DNA from: Candidatus Eiseniibacteriota bacterium
Lineage (GTDB): Bacteria; Eisenbacteria; RBG-16-71-46
NCBI GenBank assembly: GCA_963717505.1
Contig: OY970342.1
Span: 2,144,001-2,208,000 of the forward strand
Length of the DNA stretch: 64,000 bases
Reading direction: 5' to 3'
In this document: piece after piece, positions 63,790-64,000 of the stretch
Numbering within the stretch: the first letter of the stretch is position 1
Layout: each line of letters starts with the position of its first letter
Program-made: the position numbers and the translations under genes
The notes under the pieces: model-generated
Seen by the model: only the letters and a program-made list of their open reading frames with translations
Told to the model about the DNA's origin: nothing
The model's database searches: none

Positions 63790-64000
63790 ATGCGAGTTCA
63801 CTCTCTTGCACTCGCCCCCCGCGCCTGGGCACTTGCTCTTCTGGCATTGGGCTTCAGCCCACCGGTCACAGCGACGGGATCCGATCGCACGGAGCCGGGC
63901 GCAATGGCTGATGAGGTCCTCGTTCGGCTGAAAACATCACCCAACGGAAGCGTCCAAGGAAGCGCCGCTGTTGCGACGGAGCACGCACGGACAGTCGAGG
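63790..64000 (+). CDS. 5' part of a secreted protein, possibly an S8 protease propeptide (partial)
   Basis: GGAGG RBS, MRVHSLALAPRAWALALLALG signal peptide, DEVLVRLK, frame open to the window end. Confidence 0.5.
   Translation, partial: MRVHSLALAPRAWALALLALGFSPPVTATGSDRTEPGAMADEVLVRLKTSPNGSVQGSAAVATEHARTVE

Overview
High-GC bacterial chromosomal window. Several secreted proteins end in FlgD-Ig-like C-terminal domains, and there are kinase/beta-propeller fusions, a PadR-ADOP permease pair and DUF222-like HNH. These suggest an uncultured lineage such as Ca. Eisenbacteria (inference). Many genes from about 18 kb onward carry single-base frameshifts, probably uncorrected long-read errors, so their coordinates span the reconstructed gene. 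Layout: 1-21 kb holds secreted enzymes, transporters, two Ser/Thr kinases and tRNA-Ser(CGA). 21.6-27 kb holds tRNA-Ser(GGA), a divergent hicBA-like islet, tRNA-Ala, ffs-dnaX-ybaB-recR and a CNNM gene. 27-33.5 kb holds intradiol-dioxygenase-like paralogs, an HNH gene with an internal array of palindromic DNA repeats and a degraded GT-C gene. 33.8-39.6 kb is a Qrc/ACIII-like respiratory operon and 40.9-42.5 kb is mglB-mglA-pgpA. 42.6-63.5 kb is a defence/toxin-antitoxin island: type III R-M with an embedded ABC-ATPase-TOPRIM gene, BlaI/BlaR1, MNT-MNT-HEPN, AbiEi/AbiEii, a truncated AAA ATPase, a GHKL ATPase, a truncated Fic, ParDE, an orphan XRE antitoxin and DUF2779. The island is interspersed with repeated palindromic leader elements and chimeric scars. 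Best candidates for new biology: (1) the iteron-like palindrome array inside the HNH gene, (2) the OLD/PARIS-like gene coupled inside the type III R-M operon, (3) the repeated leader element and scars of the TA cassette array.
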